Source: a virus
Taxonomy: Duplodnaviria > Caudoviricetes
Length of the DNA stretch: 29,678 nt
Virus record (IMG/VR): IMGVR_UViG_3300031857_000985
Location: 1 to 29,678 of that record
Strand: one strand, 5' to 3'
Below are positions 28,035-29,678 of this stretch, piece by piece. Within the stretch, counting starts at the first letter, position 1. Every line of letters begins with the position of its first letter. The notes beneath the pieces are model-generated. The model had not been told where the DNA came from and ran no database searches. It saw only the letters and a program-made list of their open reading frames with translations. Made by a program: the position numbers and the translations under genes.

Positions 28035-28063
28035 TTGACAAACTCCCAAACATTAGTTATACT
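28035..28063 (+). promoter_or_regulatory. sigma70 promoter P3
   Basis: TTGACA-17nt-TATACT, A-rich upstream element, followed by GAAAGAGTGAGGA. Confidence 0.85.
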
Positions 28064-28115
28064 GAAAGAGTGAGGAAAGAAAAAAGAGGGGGTCAAAAAA
28101 AAAACAAACAACCCC

Positions 28116-28144
28116 TTGACAAAACAGAAAAGATAAGCTAGACT
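28116..28144 (+). promoter_or_regulatory. sigma70 promoter P4
   Basis: TTGACA-17nt-TAGACT, A-tract upstream, followed by GAAAGAGTGAGGA. Confidence 0.8.
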
Positions 28145-28149
28145 GAAAG

Positions 28150-28361
28150 AGTGAGGACAGAACAGACAGAGAAAGATAGACAACTGAATAACAAGCGGAT
28201 AGACGCTCCTGTAGAATGAGACCTAAACACAGTAGGATGGTCATCAGGGAGACAACTGTCGTAACAACCCGCCGCACTTCGGTCGGACAGGTGTTACCCA
28301 GACTCCCAAGCTTACCCTTAACCGGCAAGCTTATCTATCTTTCTCTGTCTCTTGTGTCCTT
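28150..28361 (+). ncRNA. Structured ~210-nt RNA, 6S RNA-like
   Basis: 27-bp closing stem (28154-28180 with 28334-28360, 2 mismatches), central bubble with small hairpins, bulged apical rod 28247-28307 capped by cUUCGg; begins at the predicted +1 of P4. Family assignment rests on architecture and recalled similarity and was not checked by a search. Confidence 0.7.
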
Positions 28362-28425
28362 CTTAACAAGTTTGCAACAAAGCATATCGTTTTTGGACAC
28401 GCACACACATACCATAGAGGTTACT

Positions 28426-28620
28426 ATGTTTGACTTAGATGACTTGTTCACCGATTTGTTCACCGATGAAACAACCACCCAAGAAACTGATGCGGCGTAT
28501 GTACAGCCTGACTTTACTGGTGATGCTTACGGGTATGCACCTGTAGTAGAGAGTACAGAGCCTAGTGATTGGGAGGCAAGTGCGGAGGCACTAGCGGATG
28601 AACTGTTCGGGAAACGATGA
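28426..28620 (+). CDS. First early protein, 64 aa, very acidic (DNA-mimic/anti-defence candidate)
   Basis: The true start is ATG 28426 after GAGGTTACT, not 28216; 17 D/E versus 2 K/R. Confidence 0.8.
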   Translation: MFDLDDLFTDLFTDETTTQETDAAYVQPDFTGDAYGYAPVVESTEPSDWEASAEALADELFGKR

Positions 28621-28680
28621 TGAGTTAAATTGAAACCTACCTAACTTACCCAGATAGGTAGGCTTGAGTTTAACTACTCA
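28621..28680 (+). promoter_or_regulatory. Intergenic extended stem-loop (RNase III-type processing site candidate)
   Basis: CCTACCTA/TAGGTAGG core with outer AGTTAAA/TTTAACT pairing; no U-tract. Confidence 0.5.
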
Positions 28681-28705
28681 GTACACACACACCATAGAGG
28701 ATACC

Positions 28706-29029
28706 ATGAACGACGTTAAAAGCTTACTTAACAACGCTGAAAAACACGCTTACGTACACAACGCTCCTAACCATACTGGTTGGTTAATCCCTGTAAGCCA
28801 AGAGCTTATAGACAGTGAATGTGATGAAGATGATGTAGTTGAGTACATCGAGAAGTACATAGACGAGCCACTGTTCCTTATCGGACGCACCGAAATAGGT
28901 TGGTTTATCCAAGAGGTGGTGTGGTCTAACGTACCCTCATCGGTTAACCCAAGCTTCTCTATATGCGACAAGGCTTGGTTCAAAGATGACGAGGACGAAA
29001 TAACCTGCCCGTTTAACTACTTCAATTAG
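28706..29029 (+). CDS. Early acidic hypothetical protein, paralogue 1 (107 aa)
   Basis: Start ATG 28706 after GAGGATACC; about half of residues identical to 29112-29441 by manual alignment. Confidence 0.85.
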   Translation: MNDVKSLLNNAEKHAYVHNAPNHTGWLIPVSQELIDSECDEDDVVEYIEKYIDEPLFLIGRTEIGWFIQEVVWSNVPSSVNPSFSICDKAWFKDDEDEITCPFNYFN

Positions 29030-29033
29030 ACCA

Positions 29034-29084
29034 CTAGATTGTACGGGTAAGTGTTCTAGCTTACCCGATAGAGTCTAGGCTCTA
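29034..29084 (+). repeat. Intergenic hairpin repeat copy 1
   Basis: CTAGATTGTACGGGTAAG-loop-GCTTACCCGATAGAGTCTAGGCTCTA; repeated at 29438-29488. Confidence 0.85.
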
Positions 29085-29111
29085 CATACACGCACACACA
29101 TAGAGGTTACT

Positions 29112-29441
29112 ATGGATTACAACCTTCAAAACTTACTGAAAAAGGCTGAGGAACACGCTTACGCACACAGTGTCCCTAAGCGTACTGGTTGGTTAACTCC
29201 TATTTCCCAAGAGCTTATAGACAGTGAATGGGGAACAGAGGCAGATGTTATCGAGTACATCGAGAACTACCTAGATGAATCCCAGGTGTTTGTTGGCTGT
29301 ACTGAGTTTGGATGGATTGTCCAGGAAGTGGTGTGGTCTGAGGAATCAAGACCAAATAAACCCTGTTACTCACTAGACAACGAGGACTGGTATAAAGACG
29401 GTAAGCTTATGTTAGATAGTCCATTCGACTATTTCAACTAG
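29112..29441 (+). CDS. Early acidic hypothetical protein, paralogue 2 (109 aa)
   Basis: GAGGTTACTATG start; shares TGWL, SQELIDSE, QEVVWS and PFxYFN with paralogue 1. Confidence 0.85.
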   Translation: MDYNLQNLLKKAEEHAYAHSVPKRTGWLTPISQELIDSEWGTEADVIEYIENYLDESQVFVGCTEFGWIVQEVVWSEESRPNKPCYSLDNEDWYKDGKLMLDSPFDYFN

Positions 29442-29488
29442 ATTGTACGGGTAAGCTTAAGGGCTTACCTGATAGAGTCTAGGCTCTA
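29438..29488 (+). repeat. Intergenic hairpin repeat copy 2
   Basis: Same arms as 29034-29084 with one substitution and a different loop. Confidence 0.85.
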
Positions 29489-29514
29489 ACACACACGACC
29501 ACACTGAGGTTACT

Positions 29515-29678
29515 ATGTCTAACAGAAACACTGCTGAATACTGGTCAGAGGGTGTGCCTTCCTTTAAAGTAAAAGCAGGCACACAGAAAGCGGACATTAA
29601 AGACTGGCAAGCGGCAGGTCAGGCTGGTGTTTATAAATTCGGTGACAAAACTGAGTTTAACCTGAAATACGGTAAAAC
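29515..29678 (+). CDS. Early protein, 3'-truncated; nearly identical from residue 11 to the distal part of the giant virion protein
   Basis: GAGGTTACTATG start; MSNRNTAEYWSEGVPSFKVKAGTQKADIKDWQAAGQAGVYKFGDKTEFNLKYGK, open to the window end; not in the ORF track. Confidence 0.85.
   Translation, partial: MSNRNTAEYWSEGVPSFKVKAGTQKADIKDWQAAGQAGVYKFGDKTEFNLKYGK
29545..29678. repeat. Inverted repeat copy B (reverse complement of 1-134)
   Basis: 133/134 identity to the reverse complement of 1-134. Confidence 0.97.

Noticed and set aside
28150-28361. Retron msr-msd or tRNA
   Set aside because: The flanking inverted repeats fit a retron superficially, but no reverse transcriptase is in the window and there is no cloverleaf or T-loop motif. 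6S-like is preferred; a retron decoy is not fully excluded.
28216-28425. N-terminal extension of the 134-aa ORF, and minus ORFs 27974-28183 and 28053-28328
   Set aside because: They overlap the promoters and the structured RNA; the conserved RBS marks ATG 28426 as the start.
27960-29490. CRISPR array or integron attC sites
   Set aside because: The repeats are promoter units and intergenic hairpins with gene-sized or irregular spacing; no cas gene or integrase is present, and no attC core sites were recognised.
1-29678. Diversity-generating retroelement or alternative genetic code
   Set aside because: No RT and no adenine-specific TR/VR pair was noticed; genes are full-length and tightly packed under the standard code.

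Overview
This window is most of a lytic podovirus-type phage genome, probably a freshwater cyanopodophage. That assignment is an inference from the gene order (resembling Pf-WMP3/Pf-WMP4/A-4L), the apparent absence of GATC and cyanobacterial-looking regulatory motifs. The minus strand (1-26.2 kb) carries the virion module: small virion proteins, terminase large subunit, portal, scaffold, major capsid, cement-like and lectin-like proteins, adaptor, nozzle and three large internal/ejection proteins. One ejection protein has M23 and lytic transglycosylase domains. Another is a >1676-aa ORF missed by the ORF track that contains an ADP-ribosyltransferase-like domain. A mostly non-coding control region (26.2-28.4 kb) has dyad operators, a divergent wHTH-like gene, terminators and tandem sigma70 promoters, followed by small acidic early genes on the plus strand. 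Two results stand out. First, a ~210-nt highly structured RNA starts at the last early promoter and looks like a phage-encoded cyanobacterial-type 6S RNA. Second, the two window ends are an in-frame inverted repeat, so the same peptide is encoded both in the distal part of the giant virion protein and at the start of a stand-alone early gene. No replication genes or RNA polymerase are in the window.
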